Shown here piece after piece: positions 50,259 to 50,602 of a stretch of 50,602 nucleotides of DNA (positions within the stretch are counted from its first letter, which is position 1; every line of letters starts with the position of its first letter). The notes under the pieces are model-generated. The model ran no database searches and was not told where the DNA came from. It worked only from the letters and a program-made list of their open reading frames with translations. A program made the translations under genes and the position numbers. Source of the stretch: Paraglomus brasilianum. Taxonomy: Eukaryota. The stretch is from NCBI GenBank assembly GCA_910592345.1, contig CAJVPI010000131.1:1-50602 (forward strand), written 5' to 3'.

Positions 50259-50602
50259 CAGTGGTGTGCAAAAAAAATGAACTTTCTTAAAATCACGTTA
50301 GTCTCACAAGTATTGCATCGATTAAAGTGCGTAATGCGTCATTTTAAAGCTGATAAGTAGTAGATTTATTACAAAAGTTTTAATATGATATTCGTTCACC
50401 ATTTTTCTCAATAACCTCTCTACAGCGCTGAGGCATTGAATTTACGAGATTGATTATAAGACTATTTGGAATATTTCCCCACTCCTCCCCCAAAAAACGC
50501 TCTAATTCACTAAGATTTTTTGGCCTACGCAACTCCACATTCCTTTTAACAATTGCCCAAAGGTTTTCAATGGGATTTAGGTCTGGACTATTAGAAGGCC
50601 AA
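50259..50602 (-). mobile_element. 3' end of another Tc1-like element (runs off the window)
   Basis: Minus strand reads WPSNSPDLNPIENLWAIVKRNVE...NGERISY*; terminus TA|CAGTGGTGTGCAAAAAAAATG. Confidence 0.9.

Overview
AT-rich eukaryotic DNA with short GT-AG introns. The gene families and transposon spectrum suggest an early-diverging fungus, most like an arbuscular-mycorrhizal fungus (Glomeromycotina); this is an inference. Apparently intact genes: a spliced 28-aa Cys-rich metallothionein-like microgene that the ORF track misses, a dual hybrid histidine kinase, an intronless secreted/GPI-type PQQ-dependent (AA12/sorbosone-type) dehydrogenase, a homeodomain transcription factor, and a compact UBC13 - ATP15 - IRC6/AAGAB cluster. 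The rest is a graveyard of DNA transposons: five Tc1-like elements or relics, IS630/Tc1 relics, pogo/Tigger ends and MITEs, a MULE carrying two nested layers of insertion, Helitron-like fragments and LTR-like pieces. It also holds pseudogenes of SUKH/US22-like, PD-(D/E)xK-like and kinase-like families. The most notable items are (i) an internally deleted Fanzor/TnpB relic with a candidate omega-RNA hairpin at about 27.35-27.65 kb, (ii) the metallothionein microgene with a 5x ATGCCGCA-type motif cluster upstream, and (iii) a MULE > 7-bp-TSD element > telomere-repeat hairpin nest. No rRNA, tRNA or CRISPR array was seen. All family assignments come from reading motifs by eye, not from database searches.
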